Shown piece by piece: positions 23,570 to 37,290 of a DNA stretch of 64,000 nucleotides. Under the pieces are notes generated by a model. That model had not been told where the DNA came from, ran no database searches, and was given only the letters and a program-made list of their open reading frames with translations. The first letter of the stretch is position 1, and every line of letters begins with the position of its first letter. The stretch covers positions 13,144,001-13,208,000 of the forward strand of contig JANJGN010000034.1 of the NCBI GenBank assembly GCA_026770705.1. Reading direction: 5' to 3'. A program made the translations under genes and the position numbers. The stretch comes from Isurus oxyrinchus. Lineage: Eukaryota.

Positions 23570-25529
23570 CTGGAAAGTAAATACACATTCAGCCAACATT
23601 GCTGCTGTTCGTTTTCTCTTTCGATCTTTGGTCTTAACACTTGCGTTCTTTCTTTTTCCCCCAAACTATAACATTTGTAAAGCAGAGTTCAAATTTGACA
23701 TTACATGTAGTGCAGTACAGGTCAGCACATTCCATGAGGTGTCTCATTACATTTGCCATTACGGATTTTGACTGCAATGCACATTGACACGGCAGGTCAA
23801 ACACGCTCTGCTTCTTGCAGTGCGAGGGGTTTAACAAGGCTCCCACTCCCTGGGTGGATGTTGGCGGCAGGATGGGCCGAACAGCCTCCTTCTAGTGCTG
23901 TAAAATGTAATGATTCTGCTCCAGGGAGCACATTCCAATTACACGGTGAGGAAGCCCACGGCTCTTTGCAGTCAGGGGACCATTTGCAGCCACCGAAAGG
24001 CTACAAGGGCTCTGCAGGATATTTATATTTCCCTCGAGGTCACTTTCTGCTCTCTCTCTCTCTCTCTTTCTGCTGAATTAACTACACGCAGCCGAAAATA
24101 ACCGCGTCCGCCAAATGCGGCCTCCAACAGGGCGAGGCAAGCGCTGCAGGAACTGTTGCTAATCCGTTTCTCGAAAAGTAAAGCGAGAACTGTCACTCGC
24201 GGGGGAGACAGCGCTGTTGTCTAACCGCGAGGGACCCGTTTTAGACAAGCATCGCACTGCGTTGCATCGAGGCGAAACCCGCCGCGGCGCAGTTGTTCAA
24301 TGCAAAGTGACTGTCCGAGTATTTATCTCCACCTCTCTCTCTCTCCCCCGCCACCACCACCCCCCACCACCCCCCCCCCCCCCCCAACCCCTGCCCTTTG
24401 AAGCGAACCACATTGTCTCACTAAGAGCTGGGACATGAACGTCGGGCATGAGAGAGACTCTCAGACCCAGCGCATGAATGAAAGCTTGGCACATTCTTCC
24501 ATTGCAGTCCCTATCCTCTGCGTGGCAGCAAGAGGAGCATCCGGAACTCTGCATCGCTCCCACAACATGGTATAAAAGTTTCTAATCAGCCCAGGCATCA
24601 GCTGCAATGGTTCGGCGAGCTGGAGGAGGTGCCTGTCGCTGCCAGAGATGAATCACCAGGGGCGAGAGAGAATTCGGCCTGCAAGTGCTCGGAGTATTTT
24701 TTTTTAAAACATTCATTCATGGGGTGTGGCTAGGCCCAACATTTATTGCCCACCCCTTAACTGCCCTTGTTCAGAGGGCAGTTCAGAGTCAACCACGTTG
24801 CTGTGGGTCTGGAGTCACATGTAGGCCGGGCCGACAAAAGGGCGGCAGATTTCCTTCCCTGCCCTGAGGGACATGTTCTGCCTGGGTGATGTCGACTGAG
24901 GGACGATGTTGATGACTCACGGCCCACGTCGCCTTCGAACTAGTGCCCTGGGAGTTTTCAAACCCACCCAAGGGAACTGATGGGACTTCAGTCGAGCCTC
25001 TCAGCTCCCCACCCCCCCCCCCCCTCCCCTCTTCTCTCCTCAGCACTGCATTGGAGTGTCAGTCTTGATTTTTGGGCTCAAGACTTGGAGTGGGAGTTGA
25101 ACCCAGGATCTTGTACTCAGGCTAACACCTGGCCCTGGACTGGTTAAGGGGGGTTGGCTGAGAGGCAAAGGGAGGAGGGGAGCTGGGGGGCTGGGCCTGG
25201 TGGGTAACCTAACCTCTATGAGTGCCAAAGGACTAAACTGTTTACATCAATATAAATTTCATTCCTGACTAAAGTCACAGATTGACAGGCAGACAGACCA
25301 GGAGTGAGAGAAACCAACAAACACAAACCTGAGCTAACAAAACAACAAGTTAGTGCTTAACAGGGGGCAGTGCCAGTGAATGAGCATAGAAATTAAGGAT
25401 AGAAAATGTTACATTTCATTATTGTCAATAGCTTAACATTAATCATTGCTGGGAGAGTTAGAGAGTTCATTCATTATTGATATGAAGTGGGCCAACAGTC
25501 TGTAGATATTGCTATTAATCTAGCGGTCG

Positions 25530-25642
25530 ATAAATAGATAAATAGATATATAGACAGATAGATAGATAGACAGTCAGACAGACAGTCAGACAGGCAGATG
25601 GACAGCCAGTCAGACAGTCAGACAGGCAGATGGACAGATAGA

Positions 25643-25682
<40 letters not shown>

Positions 25683-25860
25683 TGATAGATAGGCAGAGAA
25701 ATAGATGGATAGATAGACAGACTAATAGATGGATAGATAGATGGATGGATGGACCAATGGATGGATGGACGGATAAAAGAGAGATAGATAAAAGAATAGA
25801 TAGATAACATGATAGATTAGAAGATAGACAAACAGACAGGTCGAGGGATAGAGAGATGTA
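25530..25860. repeat. (GATA)n/(GACA)n/(GGAT)n compound microsatellite in intron 1 of the Ig receptor
   Basis: Direct inspection. Confidence 0.95.
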
Positions 25861-25905
25861 GAGAAATAATAACTTAATTCTTTCCGGGATGGATTTCGAA
25901 CTTAC

Positions 25906-25972
25906 CATAAGCTGTGGTGATGAGAATGAGCCACACACTGGAGAGCAAAAACAGATTAATGAATGGTTTCAT
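25906..25972 (-). CDS. TIGIT/PVRIG-like inhibitory Ig receptor, exon 1 (signal peptide)
   Basis: ATG at 25972 reads MKPFINLFLLSSVWLILITTAY, a basic N-terminus followed by a hydrophobic core. It ends G|gtaagt (consensus donor, phase 1), in phase with the IgV exon. Confidence 0.85.
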
Positions 25973-27479
25973 GTTTGAGTTAAGAGAAACCAAAGGTGGA
26001 AAATGGAGCTTCCTCAACAGTGCACTGGGCTCTCCCTGATCACATCCCAGCTAACAGCACCGCCAATCTGTGCTCCGCTCAAGCAATTGCAGTCTCCCAG
26101 GCTCTGAAGTCAAATGCACAAACCCCACCCCCACACACCCACAAAATGGCAACAAGAGTCCTTGGTCAATGTCTCGGAAATTCTTTGATCCGGAGCGACC
26201 AGGTTCAATCAGCTCACAGTTTAGTTCTGACTTGGTTAGCAGCGGAAATGTGGTTAGCATAACCGAAGCTGAGCCCTTTCCTGTAAGACTGTTATCGCGA
26301 GAGGAAATGGAGGGTTTGATTTAAATCTGCAGTTGGATATATATGTAACTATGTCTCTGTCTTAACCAACCAGCCTTGCATTTAGGCTAGACACTTACTT
26401 CAAGCAACCCCCTATGTTTCCTGTGGGACTGGCTGCAGAGGATAATCATATTAATCATTTTTCTGCCAGATTTAAGAGGCTGCATGTTTTTAGAAAGAGA
26501 GATAAGGCTGCCAGAAGTGTATATCATTCAAGCAGATTGCAACATTAACTGTGTGGGTGATGAATAAAGCGGGAAACTGAAAATTTAAGGTAATAGTGCC
26601 TTCAACACTTGTAACTGTCTCAAGTCAAGATAATTAAACTAAATTAACAAAGTCAGGGGCAAACTAAAAAGCAGCCCCTTAAAGGGAAACTGGAAAAAGC
26701 AAAGGCAAAATTCAAAGAAAACTTACAAACATCAAACCAAAATGTGATTAGGAGGGTCAATAAAACACCTCAGTCCCCATGGTGCCCACTGAGCACGGAT
26801 GGTCTCGACAGTGCCAGAGTTGCATGTTCCCTCTCCAGAGATACCCGGCTGCGAATGTAGCGGTGGAAAAGGGCAGACAGTTGGGCCAGATGGCTCCCCT
26901 CAATCACCCACTGCCTGGATCTGTTAATGGCCAACTTGGTCAGGAGCAGATTCACAAGAGGTCCTCCTCCCTTCCTACCCCACTCAACAATTGTAGTTGC
27001 ATTTGTGAGCTGGAGACAGTAAGCATTCGAAATTGTGACAGTATTTTCGTGCCCTTTATTGTGATAAAAATATCTTAGAAGACAAACCTAAAAATCAATA
27101 TAAACCTTGGTGTAACTCGCAACTTGGAAGCCATAACTAAAACTCAATCGTATTAATTGTTTAAACTAGTTACATTGATTAATGTTAGAAGACTAAAGAA
27201 ACCCAAGTGAATTAAAGCTTGTTCAATTCAATATATGGAGGAAAGATGGATGGAGATGTCAGGAGATGGACTATATCTGCAGTAAGTGGGACTTGGAGAG
27301 AGCAGTGTGATGCCAGACAGCGACATCTACAGTTATTACCTGGAACTACCGTTCAGAGTTGTTGAGGTGGAGGCCGAGGAGGGAAGATTGAGTAAAATCA
27401 TGGAAGGAGGATATGACTGCCAGGACACTTTGACCCAGGTGGCAGGCATTCCCTTTAGGTTAGGCAGCTGTATAGATTA

Positions 27480-28265
27480 GGGTAGCCTTCAGGGACTGAT
27501 ATGGCTGCAGGTCTGAGTGGTAAGCGGGTCTCAAATGAAGTGGTGGAGGAGACCCATCCACTTCCATTGCCTGACAGGCATGCGGCAATGGCAGAACGCC
27601 CCATTGCCAGGACATTCAAAGAAGCACCAGGACATGGCATGGCAGGTGGCGAGAAGGACCATCCTCCCTTCAGGCCCTTCCTGCATACCCGGGGTCTCAG
27701 CATTTTACACTCGAGGCAGCTGTGGTGGAAACAAACTTTAGCCACCTCCATCTGGAATCTGCCTTTGCAAAGCACATCCGAAAGAGATCCACTTTTTTTT
27801 CCATTGAGGCCCAACTCAAGCAACTCCAATACAAAGGAGCTTGCGCTCCATGTCTAATCCCAGGGGCGCACACTGAGATCAACATCAACTCAGGACCATC
27901 CACTTAGTGAAAGACACTCTTTGATCTGCCCGAAAATTTCTGGCTTTTCAGGCCGAAGAGCTCTCCGCGATCAAGTGTTGCAAACTGGCACATTCCAAGG
28001 CCCAGGACTGGATGCTAAGGGACTAATGCACTAAAGCACGAGGCAGCTCCCAGGGGCAAGGCCACTGTCTAAGGCCATAGAATACCAAGTGCTTTGACAT
28101 GAAATGTAAATGTACGTTGTAAATACAACCTAATGTGGGAAGTGTAGTGAGGCAGCATATGTCCTGCATTGATATAAATTGATCTATATTGCACTTTATG
28201 TCATGTCAACCTTGACCTGTTATGTAATTAAGTTCTGCACATTTTACAAATAAAGGACACTTAAG
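27480..28265 (+). mobile_element. Older Tx1/L1-like LINE 3' remnant
   Basis: Diverged match to the same zinc-finger and 3' region (ctgtggtgga..., gcacattccaaggcccaggact). A paralogous remnant lies at ~39650-39870. Confidence 0.6.
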
Positions 28266-30074
28266 GGGAAATTTAGGAAGTTGCTTCCAATGTGAATGGC
28301 TTCATAGAGTGTGAGCAAATTGACCCCCACTGCTTGTATCAGGAAGACATTCAAGTGGATGGAGAACGTTGTAAGAGTTGGAGAGTGGGAGGGATGGGAG
28401 GGGGGTGCGGGTGGTGGGCAGATGCTGTTCTCTGCCCCAATGACCTGGTCTACCTAAGGCTGAATTGTTGGCCGTGTTCCACGGTGAAGGGCTTCTCCCC
28501 TCAGCTGAAGGAGAGCTTGGAGGACCCCACTGGGGAAGGTAAAGGCCCCTTTCTGTTGTTGGCGCCTCAATCAAGGGTGGATGTAGAAGCAGCAATGAGG
28601 TTCCACTGGGGGAGTGAGAGGAGTTGATTGGAAATTAAGAAGAACCTCACCACAACGAAGCTGAATTGTGGGCTTGCTGCTAAGGCAGTTGCAAATTGGT
28701 ATAATGTCATAAAGGTTAGAGTTTGAAATGTGTGTCTGAAGGTGTGGGGTGTGAGGCAGGGGTCTTAATTCATGCGATACTGGCACCAATACTGGGGAAT
28801 GGGGTAGCTCTGATATAGAATCCAGATTCTTAAGGTGAATGAAATAACTAGGGTGGTAGTTAGGGCAGATTCGGGGTGGATTCAGGTCATGGTAAATCCA
28901 CCAGTCTGAAGAGAAAAGTCAAGTTGTGGCTAATATCCTGATCACCCTGCCTTTAGCTCACCTCAAGTCTAATCCGCATTGGGGGCTGGGTGTCTCTGGA
29001 GAGGAAGCACACGGCGTCTGCCAGCACCATCGAGGCCTTCCATGCTCAGTGGGCACCACGGGGACTGGGGCCCCTTTTAATCAGATTTTGATTTGACGTT
29101 GGTAAGTTTCCTTTGCACTTTATGTTTTGTTTGTGCAGTTTCCCTTTAAGGGGCTGCTTTTACTTTGTCCCCAAATTTGTTACTTTAGTTTAATTGTTTT
29201 GCCTCCAAAAAGTGGAATGAGTAAAAGCTCATCCGCCTGTACTGTCAAATTATAACGGAAGGTATGAAATTTAAATGCCCCAGGTAAGGACAGCAGCATT
29301 ATGTTTCCTGAATGAATTCTTGCGTCCACATTGAGCTTTGAAAGGAATCGGGAGAATGGTCTGACTGCAGCTCTTGGTCGTCATTAGCTGGTGGGTCTGA
29401 ATTGGAAATAAGAGCAATTTGCTTAATTTAAAAAAAAAAAAATATATATATATATATACCCCCGGTTCCTCTGCACACTAAACATGACAGATTGTTTACA
29501 ATTCATGAGAAGGTACAAAAAATGTATACTTGGTCCAAAGCATGCAGATGCAATTCAGTCCCAATTTTAAGTAATTGTGCTAGAAGTTCCTCTTGGTCGC
29601 TAGCACAAACTGGGCAGCCTCATTTGCCTCCACTAGTTATATAATCTGACAGACATTAAACTCAATTGACATTCACTTGAACCCTGTATTTGTTCGGGCG
29701 AGCAGCAAACGCGCCTTTTAGTCTTCCTCCCACACACCCTCACCAACCCCCCCCACCCCCCCCAATTCACTTAGATGGTGGCTGATCTGCATCTAGACTC
29801 AACGGTCACATACCCTTTAATTCCCTGGATGAACAAAAGAAAAATACCATCACTTTGAGTTTGGGAACGTTCAGTTGCCTCAGTCTCCACCGTTTTCTTC
29901 AGAATTGAACAGAATTCTGGATTTAAACCCTGAAACATTCATGCTATTTTCTTGTCTATAGCTTATTTAGACGTAGAGAGAATAAGAGAAAGAGCGAGAG
30001 AGATAAGGCGGAGGAGCAGAGATGGAGAGAGCAGTATAGAGATGAAGAGGGGTGAGTGTAAGAGTGAATTCAGT

Positions 30075-30832
30075 AAAAAAAAAAGGCCACCGAGGCTTAG
30101 AGGGTTTACAAAACTAAATTAAACATTTATTAATAAAAGAAATAATGTTAAGCACATACATAGGGTTACAAATTACTACTATGATAACTCCTAGCTCCCC
30201 TAGTTAATCTGACTCCCAGTTACACCTCCATTAAGGGAACAATAAAACACATAGACTTAAAAGACCCAGGCAAAGTAACACATAGTACCCTGAACAGTTG
30301 ACTTCAAAGTGAGTTTTTCACAGCTTCAGTTCTTTGTGGACAGCAGCATGAAGCTTAGATGCCTGAGGTTTGTCACACTTGTGTTAGACCTTAACAATGC
30401 CTGCCTTTACACACAGCCTTCCCTCCTTTGCACATATTTTCCACTTTAAATGCAAATTCCCTTTGTTTTGCTATGTCTTTGGACTTTACCTCTCTAATAA
30501 TAAAAATCCATCATAGTACTAATTTTACCAGTAATCTTTGGGAAAAATAAACACGCTGTTTCTTAGCATTTTCTGGCTGGGTGTAATATTTCACCCTCTC
30601 TTTTGAATTCAAGCTACTGTGGTTTATTTAAAAATGCAAATGTTCCCTTTACACCTCACATTCTAAAACTTCATCCAGGTTCACCTATTTACCATTTCAA
30701 ACCTAGCGTCCCTTTTTACATCAAAGCCTTTAGGCCAGCTGTCTCTAATTCAATTAAGTCCCCCACAAACATCCCACTTTTGCTCTCATTCACCATAAAT
30801 TCCAACTAACATTACAAAAATTCCTGACAACA
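30075..30832 (-). mobile_element. Solo-LTR-like fragment (same family, reversed)
   Basis: The reverse complement contains taataaatgtttaatttagtttt and gtgtaactgggagtcagattaa, as in the two plus-strand copies. Confidence 0.5.
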
Positions 30833-32739
30833 GGCATTTTATCCAGAATGGGGCTCAATACGTCACTGCCTCAGAGATAAAGGTGACTTTAGCTTTCCAC
30901 TGTGGTATATAACAGGCGGTTATCAGACACATAATCAGAGTGCACAGACCAAAGTTTCTTATGCCTTATCTTCCATTTTACACCAGAGTTTCAAGTTAAA
31001 ACAACTTCCAAAGCTGGTGAATTCCCAATTTGGCCAGGTATGGAACAGATGGTTTCTCCTTTATCTTTCACATTCGAGCAGGTCTGGACAAAGTGGGAGT
31101 AAACACTCGTGACATCGAGTAAAGAGAGACGTGGCCAGGGATTGGCGCCTCTTTCACATTTTAAACACAATTTAGCCCTGGCTACTTCTACAAATCTGTA
31201 GTCAAGAGGGAAAGGGGAACTTTCACTTTTGCCAGTAGGCCCAGAAGAGATGTTAATGAATTGGCCAGGGAAAGGAACAAAGCAGTTAAAATGGGTTCCA
31301 GAATAGGCGCACACATATTACTGACTGGTGGTTCGAGTGAAAATTCCTGTGGCCTCAACTCATCATTTGGTAACACTGTGGACAATCGGGTGCCGTGGGA
31401 GGCGGGGGTAGGGGGGTGGGGGTGGAGTGGGGGAGGGTGGGAGGACGGGGGGGGGGGGGGGGGGGGGCGGGGGGCAACAGAGTTATATGAACGGTCCGGG
31501 GAGCTGTATTTCCAGCCAGGGTTGTTACTTTCATGAGGATGCTAATTCAATGACGAGAGTAAAAGAATATTTCACCAACCTCTTCAGCTCCTCTCTGACC
31601 TTACTCTGGGTCAGTGCATAAATGACAATCTTTGTACAGGAGCTCAGGTAGAAGAGAATATTTCCAGATATATCTGCAACCGTTACTGGGTGATCGTAGC
31701 TAGGGTAAGAATGCCTGTTGGAGATCTCCACCAGTGAGAAAACACAGATCTTGGTCATCCACAGCAAGATAAAACTGCCCGATACAGCAAACAGCAGAAT
31801 GATGGATCTCCGCCTGTTGGCCATCTCGGCATCTCCTCGCTGCTCCCCCTTACTGGGACCCTGGAGGCCCCTGCGGGCTCGATTGGCCAGCACAATGTGC
31901 CTGACGGTCAGAGCATTGAGCAGCAGGATCAGGATGTAGGGGATCAATGGGTTCAGCAGGTGGTGGAGCCAGAAAAATGCCACCCAACTGGGCAAGGTGT
32001 AGAATTCCAGTCTGGTGGCACAGCCCCAGGGTACACCGTCCCATGTGCCATAAGGTCAGAACTTAAAGTAAAAAGGGACATTCCTCAAAAAGCTCACAAG
32101 GCAAACGGTCATTATTACCACCACCGCTGTTTTCTTTGTGCAAAAACTGGATTTCAGATTGTGACAGCAAATGGCCACAAAACGGTTGAAGATGAAAGCA
32201 ATGGTCAACCAAACGGAACAGTCTGTAGCAGCGTAAGCCAGCATGGCATTAGCACTGCATACCACCGTGTAGAACAGGAATGAGGCTGGGAGATTGTTGA
32301 AAAGGAGTGAGGTGAGTATGACCCTGAAGAAACTGATCAGTAGATTGGCTGCCGCCATGGAGACCAGGTAGAGAGAAACACCTTTGCCGAGGCCACACTT
32401 TCCCTGAGACACAATCATCACTAAATTAGCTGGAAGATAAATTGAGAAGATGTTGAACATTAAGAAGAGCCATCCTTACCACATGTTACCCAATGAAAAA
32501 CTAGTAATCGAGTAAAATAACTGCAATGAGCTTCTATTAACGTCGCATATATTACACACATTTAAAGGTCATTTGTGCGATGGTTTGAAAACACAAGGTC
32601 ATTCACTGTTGATGGGAAGACACAAGGAATATAGAAATTCCGGCAAGAAACTCTACCGGAGTGATGGGTATCAATAGTGCTGTGTAGAAAAAGTTTTAAA
32701 AAAAAGACTTGATTTTCTAATGTGGGTTTGGTGATCACT

Positions 32740-33135
32740 GGACATCTCAAAGCACATTACAGGCAATGCAACAGATTTGGAATTGTGGTCACTGTTGTAA
32801 CGTGGGAATCCAAAGCCGAATTTGCACAGACCATGCTCCCCCAACCAGCAATATGATGATGTTCCGTTAACCTGTTTTTGGTGATGTTGATTAAGGGATA
32901 ACTATTGACCAGGGCAGCTGGGATAAATGGTGCCATCTGACCTACTCTATCCACGAAGAACGGTCAGACGAGAATTTAGTGTGATGTCTCATCTAAAGCA
33001 CAGCACCTCCGACAGTGTGGCGCAGCATCTTGACTGCACCAGAGCCCCAGTTTAGATTCTTGTACATAAATCTTGGATTTGGGCTTGAATCCTTTAGCCA
33101 CTCAGAAGTAGGAGTGCTACACACTGAGCTGCCGC
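32740..33135 (-). mobile_element. DeuSINE-like SINE remnant (paralogous copy ~700-1040; others ~16590-16870, 25040-25125, 62285-62545)
   Basis: cagcacctccgacagtg...gggcttgaatcc...gagtgctacacactgagc resembles the reverse complement of a tRNA-headed Deu-domain SINE. Family assignment is from recalled similarity. Confidence 0.55.
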
Positions 33136-33570
33136 TAGGATTTAGAGAGGAGCCGTTGAAGGCTAAAGCGAATGGGAGTTGTAATCCATACCAGTTCAAT
33201 CGGACAGCTATTTGGAAGATGGGCCGAATGGCCTCCTATGCAGTTAGATTCTACCATAATACATGCTACCAGCACTTATCCGAATAGGCATGGTGCACAG
33301 AATGAAGGATCACAGGTAACAGTTTATATATAAGAGATCGCGAACAGAAAGCAACTGAAATGTCTTTTCAAAGGAAGATGTGAAGTGTCAGAATTCACTT
33401 CCTGAGTGTCTGTTGAGACAACAGTCATTCCAACATTTCAGATTAGATTTCGTGGGTGAATGAAGGCAAAGAGGGCAAATGATACCAGAATATACCAGAT
33501 TCCGGATACCAGAACATTATAGGTAAATGTAATTAGAACAGTTCACTGGGGTACAGGATAAACACTAATA

Positions 33571-34135
33571 CCTGGAGTACTGTGAACAGTGCTGGTCTCC
33601 TTATTTTAAGAAAGATGTAAATGCGTTAGAAGCAGTTCAGAGTAGGTTTACTAGATTAATATCAGGAATGGGTGGGTTGTCTTATTAGGAAAGGTTGGAC
33701 AGGTTAGGCTTGTATCTACTAGAGATTAGAAGAGTAAGAGGTGACTTAATTGAAACCTTTAAGATCCTGAGGGACCTTCACAGGGTGGATATTGAGGTGA
33801 TGTTTCCTCTTGTGGGGAATCGAGAACTAGGAGTCACTGTTTAAAAATAAGGGGTCGCTCAGTGAAAACAGAGATGAGGAGAATTGTTTTTCTCAGCGGG
33901 TCCTGAGTCTTTGGAACTCTCTTCCTCAAACGGTGATGGAAGTAGAGTCTTTGAATAATTTTAAGACAGAGGTAGATAGATTCTTTATTAACACGGAGAG
34001 TGAAAGGTTATCACGGAGAGGGGTAGGTGGGAATGTGGGGTTGGCGTTACATTCAGATCAACCATGATCTTATTGAATGGTGGAGCAGGCTCGAGGGGCT
34101 GAGTGGCCTACTCCTGCTCCTAATTTGCATGCATG
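33571..34135 (+). mobile_element. CR1 LINE 3' end
   Basis: ctggagtactgtgaacagtgctggtctcc... through gagtggcctactcctgctcc; degenerate ORF2 C-terminus. Confidence 0.85.
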
Positions 34136-36679
34136 TAACATGATCTGGCCATGAACAACAGCTAAGCAAATCTACATCATAACACTCTCTACATTACTGA
34201 TATTTTCCTGAATGCCTTAGAAATTATATTGAGAAAATGAATACACGCCTCTGACAATATTATGTCATGTGGCCGGCCGGAAGTGTTAAACTCAGTAACT
34301 AACTGGGTGATGGCTCTTCTCTCTGCATATTGAAAGGCCTGCATCTAAACTGATAGGGGTCTTTATGAATATGTAACATTTGGAAAGAGTAGGTGTGCCA
34401 AGCCTGAGCCCGCCAGTGGAGGAGGTAACAACCAGGGGCCTTACTCTTCTGACAACCCCAATTCGGAAATTCAAGATATACCTCCATGTCCAGGAAGTGG
34501 TCAAAATGTGGAACTTCCTGCCACAAGGGTTAATTGAGATGAATGGAAGAGTTTAAGGGTAAACTCGATAATTACATGGGCCAGCCAAGGACTACCAGTT
34601 GGTGCTGGTAGGGTTGGATGAACGAGGGCCGAGGAGACTCATGGGGAGCGCAAGTATCAGCCGGTGGACCCCGGGTGCCCTGTTTCTGTGCTGCACATTG
34701 GAAATAATTCTAACTCCATCCACCAAAAGAAAAAGTTATCCATATCCAATTAAATCCAGAGTCACGGATTCGTCACAACTCAGGCATAGGCCATTCAGCC
34801 TGTCCTTTCTGTACTGGCTCTCTGACTGAGCCAAATGAATGCCACTCTCCCACCTTCTCACCGTAACCCTGCACATCCCTCATTTTCACACAATAATCCA
34901 GTTCCCTCTTGAATGCTCTGAGTCAAACTGAGCACACTCTGGGGCAGTGTATTCCACATCCTAGCCTGCTGCCGCATGGACAGGATTTTTCACAGGTCTC
35001 CATTGCTGCTTTTGCCAATTCCCTGAAGTGTAACAATATTTACTGGCCTGTAGGTTGGCCCTCTTAGCCTTACAAGATTTTCACCAGAGCCTGCAGGGCT
35101 GTTAATAAAAGTAGACTCAAATCTAAACCTGTTCCTCCCACTCATTCATTTCCAGACAAACTAAACGTCCCACGTTTATTGGGCTTCATAGAATGACAAA
35201 CCCATTTTAGAATCATTGAATTGAGCACAGGAGGATCCCATTTGATTTGAAAATGCTCCCACACCACCCCCCTCCCCCCACCTCCCCTCACGCCCTGACC
35301 TTTCCTCATAGTCCTGTGGATTGTCTTTTCCAATTCTTTTCTAAAATTTACTCACTGTAATCCCCTCCCAGCGCCCGCTCGCTTACTGGCTTACTGAATT
35401 CAAATGTTATAAGTTCACTGCTTAGAAAGACATCTCGTTTCTCCTCTGGTCCTCTTAAGGGCTGTGTGAAATCTCTCTCATCCGACCGCCAAATATCCTG
35501 CCACTGATAAATGCATTTTTTTTATTCCCGCCATTAGCACTACCAACACTCTTCATAAGTTCAAAAGCCTTCACTAAATTCCTCCAGTCCTCCACGGTTC
35601 CAAGGAGGATACATAACGTGTTTAATCTCTCCACAGAACTGAACGTTCCCATCCCTGGTACAATTCCAGTCGATCTCCTCTGCATCTTCCCCAGGGTCAC
35701 TCTATGAAATACGTCATCGACATCCAGGTTACAATGTCACTGTTTATATGTTTTACTATGAAATAGAGACAGAACTACAAACATAACATCTGAGGAGGTG
35801 GAAGACTGTCCTCTCCTGGAATAGAGACCAATGCAAGGAAATGGAAGAAAAAGAACAAGATTTGTAGTATTATTGGCCCTTGCATTGTTAATGATGGCCG
35901 GTCTCACTCACTGACTCTGCAGACAGGACTTGGGAGTCCGGGTTCAGATCCCGAGTTGAAAACAGTGCATCACTTATACAGGATTGTAAACCCCTCTGTG
36001 ACACAACCCGCGTTAGTTCCAGTATATTGAACACATTTATTAAGAGTGTCCCTATGACATGGTGCATTCTCTCAGCACTGACATGGGAATGGAACTATTT
36101 GTGACCAGCGCTCCCCAAGGGGCTTTCACCAACAATGAAGTGTTTTTGTTTTACAATCAGGCTCTTGCAGCATTGGTGCTGATTCCACTTCGTGTCAATA
36201 ACTTGGTTCGAATTTCACTTCTCATGTCAGTCACTGACTATGTTATTGTCAATGAAGTGATTAATGGACAGTATTGTGTGTGCACCTTTTAGGCTGCCGT
36301 CCTTTACTTCCTCGAGTGTGCTTTCCCGACTAAATCCTAAGTATTAAGTCAAGGGAAATTTTACTTGTTGCATTCCTGATGTTCAAAGCTACCGTTTGAG
36401 ATGCAAGCAGGTCGCTTCACTAAATAACTGTGGGAATAGGGTCCCCACCACTCCAGAAGAGGTCCCTACTGCAGCAGATGAAATCCGGGGCTAGGTCGGA
36501 AAATGTTTTGATATTTTGCACCAAATAGCTTCAATCTACCCTTGAAGAAGCAGACTTGCATCACTTCACCCGTTCGATCTTTTCAAAACTGGGATGGGCA
36601 GATTTTGGCTGGCTAAGGTTGACAAGGTGAATGGGGCCGAGCAGTGTTACTCTACTCCAGTTGTCACATCCTGCCAATC

Positions 36680-37290
36680 AGACAAAGACCCATTTAAGCA
36701 TACTCTGTTTTTTGCCATCCAGCCAATCTTCTAACCAGGCTAATACATTACCCGCTACACCATGCGCTTTTATTTTCCATAATAATCTTTGATGTGGCAC
36801 CTTATCAAATGCCTTCTGGAAATCCAAGGACAGCACATCTACAGGCTCCCCTTTATCCACAGCACATGTCAGTTCTTCAAAGAACTCTAATAAATTGGTT
36901 AAACATGATTTCACTTTCACAAATCTACGCTGACTCTTCCCAATCACCTTGATTTTCTCTAAGTGCCCAGCTATGATCTCCTTAATGATCGATTCTAACA
37001 CGTACACAAGACAGATGTCAAGCTAACTGGCCTATAGATTCCTGGTTCCTGCCTCCCTCCCTTCTTGTATAGAGGCGTTATGTTTTCTACTTTCCAATCT
37101 GATGGAACCTTTCCAGAATCTAGAGAATTTTGGAAAATGAACACCAACACATTTACAATCTCATTAACCACCTCAGCTAAGACCTCATTTAAAATGAAGT
37201 CCATCTGGAACCAGAGACTTGTCAGCCCGCAGCTCAATGATTTTTCCATGTATACCTTCCATAGTGATTGTAATTTCACCAAGTTCCCCT
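36680..37290 (-). mobile_element. CR1 LINE reverse-transcriptase fragment
   Basis: WKVENITPLYKKGGRQEPGIYRPVSLTSV and KSCLTNLLEFFE...LDFQKAFDKVPH. Confidence 0.9.

Larger units (their letters stand above)
31531..35885 (-). pseudogene. GPR139-like GPCR copy 2 pseudogene (exon 1 35816-35885; exon 2 31531-32429)
   Basis: Exon 1 MQGPIILQILFFFFHFLALVSIP has its donor mutated to G|gagagg. Exon 2 has an in-frame TGA at 32056-32058, a 6-nt deletion near its start, and ADL>ANL and DRF>NRF changes. The remainder runs through TM5-TM7 to TGA at 31531. Confidence 0.9.
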
